Assembly (NCBI RefSeq): GCF_030144855.1
Contig: NC_082728.1
Span: 32,922,001-32,986,000 of the forward strand
Reading direction: 5' to 3'
From: Hypanus sabinus
Lineage: Eukaryota
DNA: 64,000 nucleotides
Part shown: positions 12,396 to 25,979 of the stretch, in pieces
How positions within the stretch are numbered: position 1 is the first letter of the stretch
Layout: every line of letters begins with the position of its first letter
The notes under the pieces: model-generated
What the model saw: the letters and a program-made list of their open reading frames with translations, nothing else
What the model was told of the DNA's origin: nothing
Databases searched by the model: none
Translations under genes and position numbers: made by a program

Positions 12396-14479
12396 CACCT
12401 TTTAACTGCAGATCGAGAAAACACTGTATAGACTGTTCTCATCAAAGTTTCAATGTCTCCAACTTGACTTCTTTCCAATCATCACAAATCCCCAGATCTT
12501 CACGGGGTGCTAGACAGTGTTGCTCAACTAAATGTGGAATGTCCTGTTTAAGTCTTGCTGCAACATCATTAACTCTGCCCAACATTACTGATGCTCCATC
12601 AGACGTAAACATCACCATTTTATGGACGTCAAGTCTCTTCTCTTCATAAAACAGCTTGATCACTGAAACAAACGAAAAAGCATCACGCGCCTACAGCCGA
12701 ACAATTCCGTCAAAAAACGTTTTATAAACAGTACAATCTTTAGATCTGAATTTGAAGTACAGAATGAGACATTTGTTGACAGAAAGGCCTGTGTTTTCAT
12801 CAATTGCTAACGTGTGAAAATCTGCTGATGCTATTTCTTCAAACATGTCTTTCTGAACAATGTAGTTGATAGTCTCCAGGAATTTGAATGCATAATTTTT
12901 GCTTCGCCAGCTGTCTGGGAGTTGAACATACTTTTCTATATGTTCATTAATGTGTTGATCTCCTCTGGGTTTGATCATTTTTGCTCTTTGCTCATCTGCA
13001 CTCAACCGTAACATGCGCAGCACTCCTGTGATGGGTGATGATGGGTTCTGTTGCCTGAGCTTTTGTACGTCGTCTAAATGTGATTTACTTGCCAAATGAC
13101 GCTTGAAAAAGTCAAGTGTCCAAATATCATCCCGCCTCTTTCCACCAGCAAATTCTTCAGCAACTTTCACATCATGACAATACAAACAGATAACTCCAGT
13201 TTCCGAATCATACGTAAAATTTCTCACAGCTGACGTTCATGACCACATGAGCTTTCAGTGTAGCAGTTTCTACTATTAAGCCATTCAACTTCAAACAAAT
13301 TTGCAGTTCTTTTGCACTTCAAGCCTTTTGTTTCTTTTGAATTCAACATAGTGAATCAATATTGTTTTCAACTAAAACTTAGTAAGCTATCTACAGGATT
13401 TGAAACATATCTTTGTAAACTTTACGATATGAACACTGCCCACCAAAGGCGGCTGTCGTCTGGATACATCTGTACAAACCGGAAGAGGAAAGGTGAGGTG
13501 ACATAAATGCGTGACGTGCATTGTGGTATTTGAAAAACCGACTAACTAGTTAACAGAAACATTTAGCTAAAAGATTCTTTTCAATAAGTATAATTATTAA
13601 TTACTACATTATATTAGGAAACTAACCTTTTGTGCGCACATTGATTTCCTTTGTGTGCTGATTGAAAAACGTGCGTGCGTGCATACACGAGCACAGATTA
13701 GAGGGAACATAGCCCTTGTGGAAAGCTCTTGATTCATTTGCTGGAGAGCATATGTAGCTCTAGCTCACTAAGAGTTGTATGGTGTAGGAATTTTAACACA
13801 TATTGTTCTCTGTGGGGTTTTTCCACAGAATGATGGTAATGGTTTGATTGTAGAAGAATTTTTAGATATTTCACATCTTCTGTGTCTTAATGATGGGAAG
13901 GGCAAAAGACTTCATGTTCATTATAGTTCTGAAACTGCTACAGATTTAACCTTAGTTTCGAACATTCTGGCTGGAGTGAGTGAGTGGGATGTCATGGGAG
14001 ATGAAACATTGGGCAGTGATTATTTTCCGATATTTATAAGTTTGGGTGTGGATTTCTATAGGGGACAGGAGGTCACTTTTAGGAAGTGAAATTTTGGAAA
14101 AGCAAATTGGGAGAGGTTTAAGGTTTTATGTGATGAACATCTGTCAGGGCTGAATGTTGTAGATGATGTGGATTTCTGCAATGAAAGGTTTTGTCACATT
14201 ATTCATCAAAATGCTGTGGAAGTGATGCCTATTAAAAAGGGCATTAATAGTAGAAAAGCTGTACAATGATGGACTTGGGAGTGTGCAGAGGCAATGAGGG
14301 AGAGAAATGAGGCATTTAGGAAAATTAAGTATCACTCTTTGAGTGATGTTATTAAATATAAAAGGGCACAGGCCGTGGTAAGCAAAGTAGTGAAGGTGCT
14401 AAAAAGGTTTACTGCAGGTCATACTGTGATAGTATTGGAAGGGATATTAAACTTGGAGATATTTGGAGAATATTTAAAA

Positions 14480-15252
14480 TGTTATGCCTGCAGCCTCCTC
14501 CTTTGTGAGAATCGCAAGATCACTGTTGGGTTGGGTCAGGGGGCCCAGGAGAATGAGAGAGAGACATGCGGAATGTCTCGTTCCCCCGGCGATGTAAAGC
14601 TACGGGACATGGCCATTGTCTCCGGAAGCTGAATTTTGTGGATTGGAGACTGTACTATGTGGACGCCCTCAGGCAAAGTGGGCTGGTTGAGGGAGATATT
14701 GCATCACCCCCAACCTGATTGATATCTACGACCCTGCGAGTCAGGATAAAAGAGGGTCTGAGGGAACAGCCCCTTGGACACACCAGAAGAAACGCTAACA
14801 CTCCTGTGATAACGGGAAGCCATTTGAAGGAGGCCACGTGCGTACAGTTCTGTTGCCTGGGACTGGTGGCTTGTAACACGGAAAACGGCTTTTAGCTAAC
14901 AACTGGGAAACCAACTCCCCGACTCAAAGGATTGGCATCCTAAAAACCTGGGCAAGTTAAATTGTCTCTCTCTTAAACCCAAAACGCTGCAGCTTGAACG
15001 AACTAACAGTGACTTTTATATTTCCATCGGACAAAACATTATCCCCTAGACAACCATAGAGCTATTTCTTATTGGTTATTATTATACCCGCGCTTTAGAT
15101 TTCGTATTGACGATGTACATTATCTGTATGTTTGCATTAATCTTATTTTTGTGCCCCTTTATCAATAAATACTGTTAAAAATAGTACCATCAGACTTCAA
15201 CTGACCTCTCTATCTTTGCTGGTAAGAGACCCAGTTATGGGGCTTCGTAAAA
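14480..15252 (+). mobile_element. Solo LTR inside the I/Nimb-like LINE
   Basis: Starts TGTTATG, has AATAAA at ~15164, ends ggggcttcgtaa(a)a. A-run flanks are compatible with a 4-bp TSD. Related to the LTR at 52821-53674. Confidence 0.75.
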
Positions 15253-15454
15253 AAAACAAATGTGGGGGTGCGGGGATTCATAGGTCTAATAACATTCCAG
15301 TATTGATTAAAGAAGGTAATATGGTTATTACTGAGACAGAGAAGGTTGAGTTACTGGCTTGGTCATTTATTGTAATTCATAATCAAAATAATTTGAATGA
15401 AGAAGCTAAACAATGTAGGAATAAGGCTCTAAGTGAATACCCTGATGTGTTTTA

Positions 15455-16840
15455 GACCAGTGAGTCTTACTTCAGTGGTGGGCAAGTTGTTTGAGAAGAT
15501 CCTGAGAGGCAGGATTTAAAAGCATTTGGAGAGACACTCTGACTAGGGATAAGCGGCATGGCTTTGTCAAGGGCAGGTCATGCCTCAGGAACCTGACTGA
15601 ATTCTTTGAGGATGTAATAAAACACATTGATGAAGGTAGAGCAGTGGATGTAGTGAATATGGATTTCAATAAGGCATTTAATAATGTTCCCCATGTGATG
15701 CTCATTCAGAAAGTAATGAGGCATGGGATACAAGGAGACATTGCTTTCTGGATCCAGAGCTGGCTTGACCACAGAAGGCAAAGGGTGGTCGTGGATGGTT
15801 CATGTTCTGCATGGAGGACAGTGACCAGTAGTGTTCTGCAGAGATCTGTTCTGGATTGACTCCTTTGATTTTTGTTTTATAAATGATCTGCCTGAGGAAG
15901 TAGAAGGGTGGGTTAGTATGTTTCCTGATGATGCCAAAGTTGGAGGTGTTGTGAATAGTCTGGAGGGTTGTCAGAGATTACAGTTGGACATCGATAGGAT
16001 GTAGAAATGGGCTGAGAAGTGGCAGATAGAGTTCAACCCAAATAAGTGTGAAGTGGTTCATTTTGTTAGGTCAAATTTGAGGACAGAATATAGTATTAAT
16101 GGTAAGACTCTTGGCAGTGTGGAGGATCTGGGGGATTTTGAGCTCCATGTCTGTAGGACACTCAAAGCTGCTGCACAGTGCACAGATTGACAGTGTTGTT
16201 AAGAAGGCATATGGTGTGTTGGCTTTCATCAACCATCAGATTAAGTTCAAGAGCTGGGAGGTAACGTTACAACTATGTAAGACCTTAGTTACTCCCCACT
16301 TGGGTTCTGTGTTCAGTTCTGGTCACCTCAGTACAGGAAGTATTTGGATACTATAGAGAGAGCGCAGAGGAGATTTACAAGGACGTTGCCTGGATTGGAG
16401 AGTATACCTTATGAAGATAGGTTGAGTGAACTTGGCCTTTTCTCCTTGGAGCAATGGAGGATGAGAGGTGACCTGCTTGAGGTGTATAAGATGATGAGAG
16501 TCATTGATCATGTGGAAAGCCAGAGGATTCTTCCCAGGGTCAAAATGGCTAACTAAAAGGGACGTAGTTTTAAGATGCTTGGGAGTCGGAACAAGGGAGA
16601 TATCAGAGGTAAGTTTTTCACACGTGGTGGGTGCATGGGATGCACTGCCGGCGATGATGGTAGAGGCAGATACAGCAGGGTCTTTTAAGAGACCCAGTTT
16701 CAGGTACATGGAACTTAGAAAAATAGAGAGTATGCGGTAGGGAAATTCTGGGCCGCTTCTAGACTCGGTTACATTGTCGGCACAACACTGTGGGCCAAAG
16801 GGCTTATAATGTGCTATAGGCTTTCAATGTTCTATGTCTG
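15455..16840 (+). mobile_element. CR1 LINE 3' fragment (RT, frameshifted)
   Basis: ORF pieces MDFNKAFNNVPH and IERAQRRFTRTLPGL...MRGDLLEV, plus CR1 3'-UTR and tail. Confidence 0.85.
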
Positions 16841-18763
16841 TGTTGGAAGTTTGCTATAGCAATGACAGTATTAGTGATGTAGAGTTTTCTTCGTGTAAAT
16901 TTATGAAAGATATTAATAGTACAGATCAGACAGCTCCAGGAAAGGATATTATATGTTATTTTATGTTTTAAACATATGGCTCACAACTCTTTTAAGATAA
17001 TATTAAAATTTATGAATTTTGGAATTTAGGCCAGCTTCCCTCCTTATGGAAAGTTTCAGCAGTAGTGCCTATTCTGAAACCTGGAAATCCATACGATATG
17101 TTATGTAGGGAGGAAATTAGGAGTGGGAGGACGGCTATATAAATTTTTTTTCTGAGTTCCTAGTTTGGACGGTCAATGCAGGTAAGGGTAGGTATGTATA
17201 CTCAGGCTTCTATGAGTTAAAGAATGGGAATCCACAAGGCAGTATTTGCAGCTCTTTATTGTTTAATAATAGGATTGATATTATTTTCTCCGAGATGGGC
17301 ACTGGGGTGGGTGAATTCCTCTTTGCAGATGATGGAGCTTTATGGATCAGAGGAAATAAATGCAATTATCAATTAATAAGGCTGAACAATGGGCAATAAG
17401 CTTTCAGTAGCTAAAACACAAGTTATATGATCTACAAAGAAGATCAAAAGATCTGCACTCAATTTGATACTGTATAGTCAAACTTTTGAAGAAGTCAGTG
17501 GTAAGATTTCTTGGCATGTGGTGGGACAATATGCTGACATGGAAGCACCATATCAGTAAGATAATTGACAAATGTAAAGAGGCATTAAATATCCCTGGGT
17601 GTCTGTGTGGGTCAGAATCCAGATCTCAATCCAATTGAAAATTTGTGGCTGGACTTGAAAAGGGCTGTTCATTCACGATCCCCATGTAATCTGACCTAGC
17701 TTGAATAGTTTTGAAAAAAAGAATGGGGAGAAGTTGCAGTTCGCAGATGTGCAAAGGTGTTAGAGATCTATCCACACAGACTGAAACAAGGCTGTAATTG
17801 CTGCCAAAGTTGCACTTACTCAATACCGTCTTGAAGGAAGTTGAATACTTATGCAACCAATTATTTTGTGTTTATTTGTAATTAATTTAGATCACTTTGT
17901 CGAAATCTGTTTGACACAAAAGAGTTTTTTTTCTGTTAATCAGTATCAAAAAAAGACAACTTAAACTCACTGTGATACAATGTTGTAAAACAATAAAACA
18001 TAAAAATGTCCAGTGGGCGGGTGGTGTATAGTTTTTATCACCACTGTACATAGAAATGAAAGGTGCATTTTTGATAAAGTATCATACTACACATATGAAT
18101 AGAGCAGTTTCCAAAGAAAATCTCTTAAATGGCCTTCTGCTTTGAGCTGACAGCCTGAGATTGCTGCAGCAATATCAATGGAAGGGACGGTCAAGTTAGT
18201 TTACAGAACAAATACTTTAAATGGCCTGTCATTGTTTATAAATATTTTGTAATCTGGAAATGTTTTTAGAAATCAGAGATCCTCTGTGTTTTAAAGGTGT
18301 TGATAACACATATCTAATTTTAAATGTATATCATTATAAATAAAATAAACAGTTTTAAACTCTATTGTCAGCAGGAAGTAACACTTCCTTCTTTAAGTGT
18401 CCTTGTGGTGTGAGCTCTAAGCCTGCAATTGCCCTTAGTAAACTAGTTCCATTCGCTGTATACATTGTGTGTTTATTTTTTACTTGCACATAAATTCCCT
18501 AAGAGTGAATTTTTATTCCACATTCCACATCGCAGAATTTTTGATGATGATTTGTAAAATTTGTAAGGATGAACTTTCATTACCCAAACTGCTAAAATGC
18601 TGGGTACACGGTTCTTTTATAGACCAGAAATGTGAGCAATTAATTTCCCCCTCAGACACAAACTTGTAAGCTTTTTGATTTGGCCTCAATTACGGCATTA
18701 TAAAAAGAAAGTTAAGATCCTCTAAAAATCAAATGCTAAGTTGTTTTTCACTTAAAACAATGT

Positions 18764-21700
18764 TTCCCAAACTGTTTTGGTTTTCCAACCCCTTGGTTCC
18801 CACACCACAGTGCCCCCTTCTCCTTTTCCTGACATTATTTAAAATCTATAAAGCATTTTGATTTATGATGCACAGCTAAAGAACTTAGGAACTGCAAATT
18901 CAAAGTAGTGACAAATCATTGGGAAAATATTTAAATCTATTTGAAGCTGCAAACAAAATTATTTCTTTACTTAGTTATAGAGAAAACTTTTTTCATCAGC
19001 AATTTTGGAGTGTACACTAATAGTTCAAATATTCATTGCTCTTTCACCATTCAATGGGATGGATAAGCTTTGTGCAGTGATATCAGCTTTACAGGCTAAA
19101 TGTCACTCAGCAGGAATCTCAGATCCCATGTTCAGTAACTTGGAGTCTGTTACATTACTTTGAAAGAATTTGGGTGACTGCACTGAAACCATACTCCACA
19201 AAATATGATGTTGGAAAGGCATTAAAGAACAACTTGTCCTTTTTCCACAGTGCAGGATAAGATAGGGAAATTTCTTTCTGGAATCAAAAATCTTTATGAT
19301 TTCTTTTTGAAACTTGGCTTCAGCTCAGTCATTTTGGAGTCAGATCAGTTCTTCCTCCATTCTTCCTGTTGATTTCACATTAAAGTGTCCAGGAATGAAT
19401 TTATTAACCAATCTGGAAATTGGATCGAGAGAAGATGTTAAAATTTCTGAGGCATGTCTTTATGTAGCTCATCCAAGAGGGTACAGTTTACTTGAAGGTC
19501 ATCATCTGGTATTTTTTCTCACCCCTTGTTTTCGGCGGTGGAAAAAAGAGGTGCTTAATGTGTTTTTAACAGAAAAGCTAGCTGATAATTAGATATTGGC
19601 GAAATTGTAGGTTTAACATGGTGGGTCCAAAAGCCACTTTGTGGTATAGCTTACCAGCAGAAATAGCAAATTGATCAGGAACTCAAGTCCACGGAAGGTC
19701 CAAGCACACGTTAGGCATTTGGCATTATCTGGTACATAAGGAGCAAAGTAGGAATAATAGTATGAACATTTGTTTCCTTTTAAGAATTTACATAAACGCA
19801 ATCACTTAATCTTCGCTGGTTCTCTCCCCCCCCCCCCCCCGAAAGATTACGAATGCAGCCTCTGCAATGTCAGTCTTGCTTTATGTTCAGATTCATGGAA
19901 ACCTGCTCCCCCGGAGCATACACGTGCAAGAAATTTCAGCTAATCCAACACTTTGGGATAAAGTTAGCTGAACTTGAGGAAAAGGTAGCTGACCTGCGAT
20001 GTTGTACAGAATTGGCATTGTGCTCCAGCTGTCCTTCAGGAAGATGGTGTGCACCTCAAGATAGCCGCAGGTTGAGACTCCAGACCAGAAAGAAAAAGGC
20101 AGCGTTAGAAGCGTCCAACCATTTTGAACAATTAGCAATGCTCAATGACTACCATGAGGTGGTAGGAGGACAGAAGAGCCCCACAGGTCCTCCAATGCTA
20201 AACCTAAGCCCTGGAGAAAGGAAGTAGTTGTAGTAGGGAACTCAATTTAACGGGGGTGGCTGTTGAGAATCAGGTGTGTACTGACAAGGAGTCTTGTACA
20301 GTCTGTTCCCTACTAGGAACACAACTGGGAGACCTCCCTGGATGAGCAGATAGATTCTGGCCAGAGCTGGGCTGGATCCAGCAGTAATTGCCCACATTGC
20401 AATAAATAGCTTACTGTAGGTAAGGGCAGGCTGACAGTTCTGGAAGACAAATCTAAAGAGTTAGGTCGGAATGTTAGGGGCAGAACTGATTTGGTGGTCC
20501 TTTCAGAAATTCTGCCTGTGCCACGTGTCAGTCCAGGTAAGATGGAGGAGTTTATAGAATTTAATGTGTGACTTAAATCGTGGTGTGGGTTGGAGGGAAT
20601 ATGGTTGTGGGACATTGGGGTGCCATTTGGGGCAGATAGAACCTAAACCACTGTGATGGGTTGCATATGAACCGGAGGGGCACTAATGTACTGGGCAGGT
20701 GAATGCTTGAGTTAGCTGAGGACTGTTTAAACTAGGGAATGGGGAGCAGGGAACTTGGAACAGGCCAGGCTCAACTGTTTAAACATCTTAGTGGATAATA
20801 ACATATTAGGGCATAAACCAATTATAGGTTTCAAAAATATGAAAATGGGTCGGAATAGGATAAAAACAAAATCAATAATAGACCAAGGATGGCCTGAACA
20901 AATGCAAGAAATATTAAGAATAAAATAAGTGAGCTGGAATTGTGTGCAAGAGCCATTAAGTATGATATAATAGCAATAACTGAAACCTGGCTGACTTCAA
21001 AAAGATGGTGATGAATATAATATTAAAGAATATACTTAGGAAAGATAGGCAAGATCATAAAGGTGGAGAAGAAGCTATTTACATGGAACAGAAGTTAAAC
21101 ATGAGGCTGCTTATGATAAGAAATGAATCGAGACTTAGTGAAGGTATCTGGGTGAGAATTGAAAGCTGTAAGGATACAAGAATAACATTGGGTCTATGGT
21201 TATGTATAGACCCCCTAATGCCGATAGTGATTTTAATAAAAAAAACTATCAGAATATTAAAAAAGAAAGTTCTGAGGGTGATGGTATAGTTATAGGTATA
21301 GACTTTAATTTGCCAAATATTGAATGGGAGAACCCAGTGTCAAATGTATTACAGAAAAGTGAATTCATTGAGTTATTCAATGATTTTTTTTAACCCAGTG
21401 TGTTAATGCTCCAGCAAGAGGAGAGATCTGCCTCGATTTGATATTCTGTAACAATCAGGATGGGATTTTGATTACTAAGTTGATTTTTTAGGAACGACAG
21501 GTCATAACATTGTAGGTCTCAAAGTTTTTTGGGAGAGTATATCAGTACAAACCAAAGCCATTAAATTGAATTTCAGAAAGGCAAAGTTTATGCAGATGCA
21601 CCAAAGACTTCAGACAGTAAACTGGAAGGAAATGCTTGACATTGAGTCAGTCGAGGAACAACACAATCGATTTTAGAGGTAATACACTCAGTGCAGGAAG

Positions 21701-24700
21701 TGTTCACAACCAAGGTTGGGAGAAACAATATAAACAATAGGTCAACGTCAAGGATGAATAAGGATATACATAAAATATTGAAGAAAGGACAGCTATATAA
21801 GGAATACTGAAAAATAGTTATGATGTTAACCAGAGGGCATATGAAAATATGAAAGCTATAGTCAAGAGGGAAAATTGAATTACCAGAGGGCAGGTTGCAA
21901 AGTATATTGCTGATAATGCTAAGATTGATCCTAAGAGGTTTTTTCAATACTTGAGTAGTAAAAGGAATGTCAAGCATGAAATTAAGTGTATTAGGAATAA
22001 TAAAGGTGTGTTAAGTTATGGAGGGAAGGATATAATGTATACTCTTAACTCATATTTTGCTGAAGTATTCACCTGTGAAGATGTTAGCAATATGCCAGTA
22101 AGTGCAGAGAAAAATAAGATTATTTTAAGTGACTTTGAGATCGTAGAAAGTGAAGCCCTGCTTCAGCTGAAAAGACTCGGTTGCTAAATCTCCAGGGCCA
22201 GACAACACATATCCCTGGGAATTTAAAGAGGTTGGTGATGAAATGTGCAAACATGTATTTTACAAAAGTTATTAAAGACTGGTGAAATTCCCATGGACTG
22301 GAATGGGCTAATGTTGTTCCAGTATATAAGATGGGTGACCACACTGACACTGGTCACTATAGTCCAGCAAGCTTGATGTTTATAGCAGGCAAGATAATGG
22401 AAACAATAATAACAAATGAGATGGAAAAGTAGCTGATTAGAACAGGTGTTCTATAGACCAGAATGCCAGCATGGGTTCAGAAAGGGAAACCATGTTTTAC
22501 TAATATGCTGGAGTTCTATGAAGAGGCAACTAAAGTTTATGATAATAACAGAGAGGTTGATATCATTTGCATGGACTTTCAGAAGCCTTGACATGAGAGG
22601 TTAATAATCAAGTTTAAGAAGGTAGGGATTCAGAGTAAGGTGTTTGAATGGATGAGAATTGGCCGATGATACAAAATTAGCTGGGTGGGCTGTTAACATT
22701 CAGGCAACAGAATCAATACAGTTAGAGCTAAACAAAATCTAGATGTGGGCAGATGAGTGGCAGATGAATTTTAATGTAAGTAAATGTAAAATATTACATA
22801 AGGGAGGTGGAAATATTAGATACAAGTATACAATGGGGGGATCTTGAGCTGGAAGGTACATGGTATGAGAAGGATTTAGGTGCATTGGTAGACTCATCAC
22901 TATCAACATCTAGACAATGAACAGAAGAGATTAGGAAGGTTACTAGAGCGTTGGTCTATATAATATGCTCAGTGGAGTTCAAGTCAAGATACATTCTCCT
23001 TAAGCTGTTTAATGCTCCGGTGAGGTCACACCTTGAATTCTGTGTACAATTTTGGTCTCCATTTTGTGTGAGGAATGTGAAGTCACTGAAGAGAGTTCAG
23101 AGAAGGGTGACTAGATTCATTCACGGTCTGCAGGGTTTGAGCTCTGAAGAAAGATTGAAAGAATTAAATCTTTTTAGCCCAAGTAAATGTAGAATGAAAG
23201 GAGACATGATGTAGGTGTTCAAAATCATTAAGGGTTATTATTAAAATCAATAAAGTGGGTGCCAGCTATTAATTCAAAATTAATCCATCATCAAGGACAC
23301 GAGGCCATAAGTGTTGACTGGTTAAAGGGAGATTTCAGGCTAACATCAGGAAGCATTTCTTTACACAGCAAGTGGATACATGGAACAAACTACCTAGTTG
23401 TGGAATTGAGAGTGGCACCTTAGAGACTTCTAAATCTAAGCTCGGTAGTTACTTCAACACACTATGAATAGGAATTTATCAAGCATAATTGAACCGAATG
23501 GCCTGTTGTCAAAATTTTTTAAATGCTCTCATGCCCAACTGAGGGAGGCTTGGAAATTGGAAAAGGTTGCAATGACCAATGTTGTACTTCAACAGAGATA
23601 ACAGGGACAAAAATGTGGAGACCACTGATTTGACTTTGATAAGATTCATATTATTTCATTGCAATTGAAGATTTATTTCATAAAACTTAGCAAATAATTT
23701 TGTCAAATAAGCAATGTCATGCCTAATATTCTTATGTTTTTCACTAAATGAAGCATTCGAGTGTTCAAAGAGTTTTATCACAATTTCAAAAAGCCCATAA
23801 AAGTGTCTCTGGCAGGTTCCTTTTGAGAGCCATCTGACTTCTGTGTGCAACAGCAGGCATTCAAACTGTTCATTATTCTCAATACAAAGCTCTCTAAATT
23901 TCTAGAACTAAAATATGGGACATTATTTTATTTACTGCCAAAATAACAGTATTTAATGATTTCTCTGGCTAGTCACTTAGATATTTTGTTACAAGATCTT
24001 GTCTATAAATTACACAGTGAATGGTAAATACGTTAGGTAAATATTCCTCAAGAAAGTAATAATTCCATGGTGTTGTCCTGTCAGTGATGCTTCCCCATCC
24101 GTTGCACAAGCAAGAATGTTGGTGAGCAGAATGTCCTTCTCTTTGAAAAGTGTTCAACACCCTGAAATATTGACTCCTTCCTTTCTGTTTCTTATCCCCT
24201 TGGAAATAACAACTCATGAACCAAGCTTTCATCTTCTTTGACACAAACGAAACCAAGAAGCAACGATTCATTGCCTGGTGAAGTTTACTCATCCAACTGC
24301 AGAGCAAATTCTAATACCATAAGCATATTGCCTAATATGTCTTCCACTTTCTCAGCCATTTCATGTATTTGTCTTTGAACAGTGTTGGCAAGTGGAATCG
24401 CTTTAATTATTTGATGCGGTGACTTATGTGAAACCACACTCAGAACTTCCCTTACTTCTGGCAAAATCAGTTATTCTTCAATTATATGGGGGGGTGGGGT
24501 TCCAGAATATTATATGAAGTATGCAAACCATTGTTGTTTTGTTAAGAGCTGGCAAGCATGTTTTGAAGATGTTTCCATTTCTGAAAGTTTCCACAAAGTG
24601 ACTGAAAATAAGGCAAGTTCTTGCTTGCTTTGTCAACCTTAAATTTCAGGGCAATATTTACTCATGTTTCAACTTACAAGTTCACTCAGCTGTTGTTCTT

Positions 24701-24900
24701 TCAAAAGCACAACATGATTGAAAATGCATTGATAGGATCCAAGCAAGGCTGAGTTTATCCTTGCTTCTGATTGTTCATGAAGAGCTGCTGCTGAGCTATT
24801 GTTTCCGAATTGCCAAGACCGTGCAGTAAAACTGGTGTCATAAAGCTGCTGAGTGAGAAATTGTGTATCCAGCAATGAGGAAGGCATAGCGATGCATTTT
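18764..24900 (-). mobile_element. Charlie/Buster-type hAT transposon split by a CR1 (own pieces ~18764-19560 and ~23530-24900)
   Basis: TIR-like caatgtttcccaaac near 18765. Motifs HTEVRWLSKG, IHCVIYRQDL and QLQCNEVNLIKVKS on one side continue into PDDDLQV...ELHKDM...FPDW on the other side of the CR1. Confidence 0.75.
19600..23525 (+). mobile_element. Near full-length decayed CR1 LINE (ORF1 zinc finger/esterase, ORF2 APE-RT)
   Basis: ORF1 CQSCFMF...CKK, APE IIAITETWL and DFNLPNIEW, RT CMDFQK and ADDTK, C-terminal RSHLEFCVQFWSP. Many stops. The 5' boundary is approximate. Confidence 0.8.
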
Positions 24901-25979
24901 CAATTCAAGATAGAATGTGATTTGGAAGGGAAATTGAAAGGACGGCAGGTTACCATGTCACTTACCACCCTCATCCATCTAAGTCACGCTTATTGCACCC
25001 TTGGGAGCTGCCTTGAGGTAGCACAGAAACCTTTTTGTAATTCAGCGGAAGTAACAGAATTTTAAGACAATGGATCCAGAATGGAACTGAGATCCATTGT
25101 GTTATAAATCTGGTTTGTTTCCTGAATTTCAGCAGTTTGATGTGTTGAAAGTATTGGATAATTCCCTGTGAATACCAGAGGCTCACTCCTATTTTTAAAA
25201 AGGTTCCAGTTTTTGCAGTTTGAGGGAGCTTGGTATGTCACCAAAGATGCCTTCTTGTCAAGGAGGAGGTACTCAAGCCCTAAAGGCACATACTAAATAT
25301 TTCAAGAACAAGTTCTTTCTCTCTGCCCTCACTATATTTTTAATTTGTTTGCTCTCTTTTAGCACTATAATTTTATAATACATATCCTTTAATGTGATTT
25401 ATAGTTTTTCTTTTATTATTATTAAACATTGTAATGTACTGCTGCCAGAAACCAACAATATTAAATCTGATTCTCACTTAAAGCAAACTTTACTTTGCCA
25501 CCCTATTTTCATTAAACCATTCAATAATTGTTTGAATTTTAAATAATTACTTTGTAAGATTTGACCTCAAATGATAAATCTCTTTACATAGACACACATA
25601 GTCCTTATAGAAGCTCATATCCATTGGCCTAAGTGCACAGTTGTTAAATATAGCTCTGAATTTGAACTCCATTTCCATTTATTTTCCTAATCAGACTTAA
25701 TAACCGTATGAACACCTTACTCTGTTTGCTTCTGTGGCATAAGTGTGTTTTCCAGGTTTCATGAGGGTATTAGGATATCAGCCTGTCAATCAGAAAACTG
25801 GCCTTCAAAGGGAAGGCCATTGTGGTTCTTTGGCCTCCAGTTGGCAGAATTGTGCCTATGATGTTAGCATTGATTTGGTTTAGTAACTTTGAGAGAAGGG
25901 CAAGAGACTAGTGGGCCTACTCTTCTTGGAAGTTTCATACCCACTGGAGAGAGCAAATGGGGCTTCAGTTAGTCAACAT

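Larger units (their letters stand above)
9527..13712 (-). mobile_element. hAT transposon with degenerate ZNF862-like transposase
   Basis: TIRs caatgttccctcta and tagagggaacatag. Minus ORFs show C2H2 (CLYC...HLASKSH), LAIDE, FTSDGASVM, HC and EVRWLSRH motifs. The 8-bp TSD is degenerate (5/8). Confidence 0.85.
7936..17615 (+). mobile_element. Decayed I/Nimb-like non-LTR retrotransposon (gag-like ORF1, APE, RT) interrupted by hAT, LTR and CR1
   Basis: Zinc-knuckle remnants at 8.67-8.82 kb. APE motifs ILQWNAKTL, DIICIQKTW, GGVASFV (9.2-9.4 kb) and DLTLVS...GSDYFPI (13.9-14.0 kb). RT remnants FADDG at 17.3 kb. Clade assignment is inference. Confidence 0.7.
6544..18046 (+). mobile_element. Tc1/mariner element split by nested insertions (own pieces ~6544-6756, 7792-7935, 17619-18046)
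   Basis: TA-flanked inverted ends (ta|caatgcc ... cactg|ta) with long imperfect TIRs. Degenerate transposase C-terminus PDLNPIENLWLDLKRAV at 17619. Confidence 0.75.

Noticed and set aside
18080-18165. Minus-strand exon-like piece QSQAVSSKAEGHLRDFLWKLLYSYV*
   Set aside because: Short, no convincing donor or partner exon, and directly adjacent to the Tc1 end.
19314-19592. 92-aa plus-strand ORF
   Set aside because: It is the antisense of the decayed hAT transposase C-terminus.
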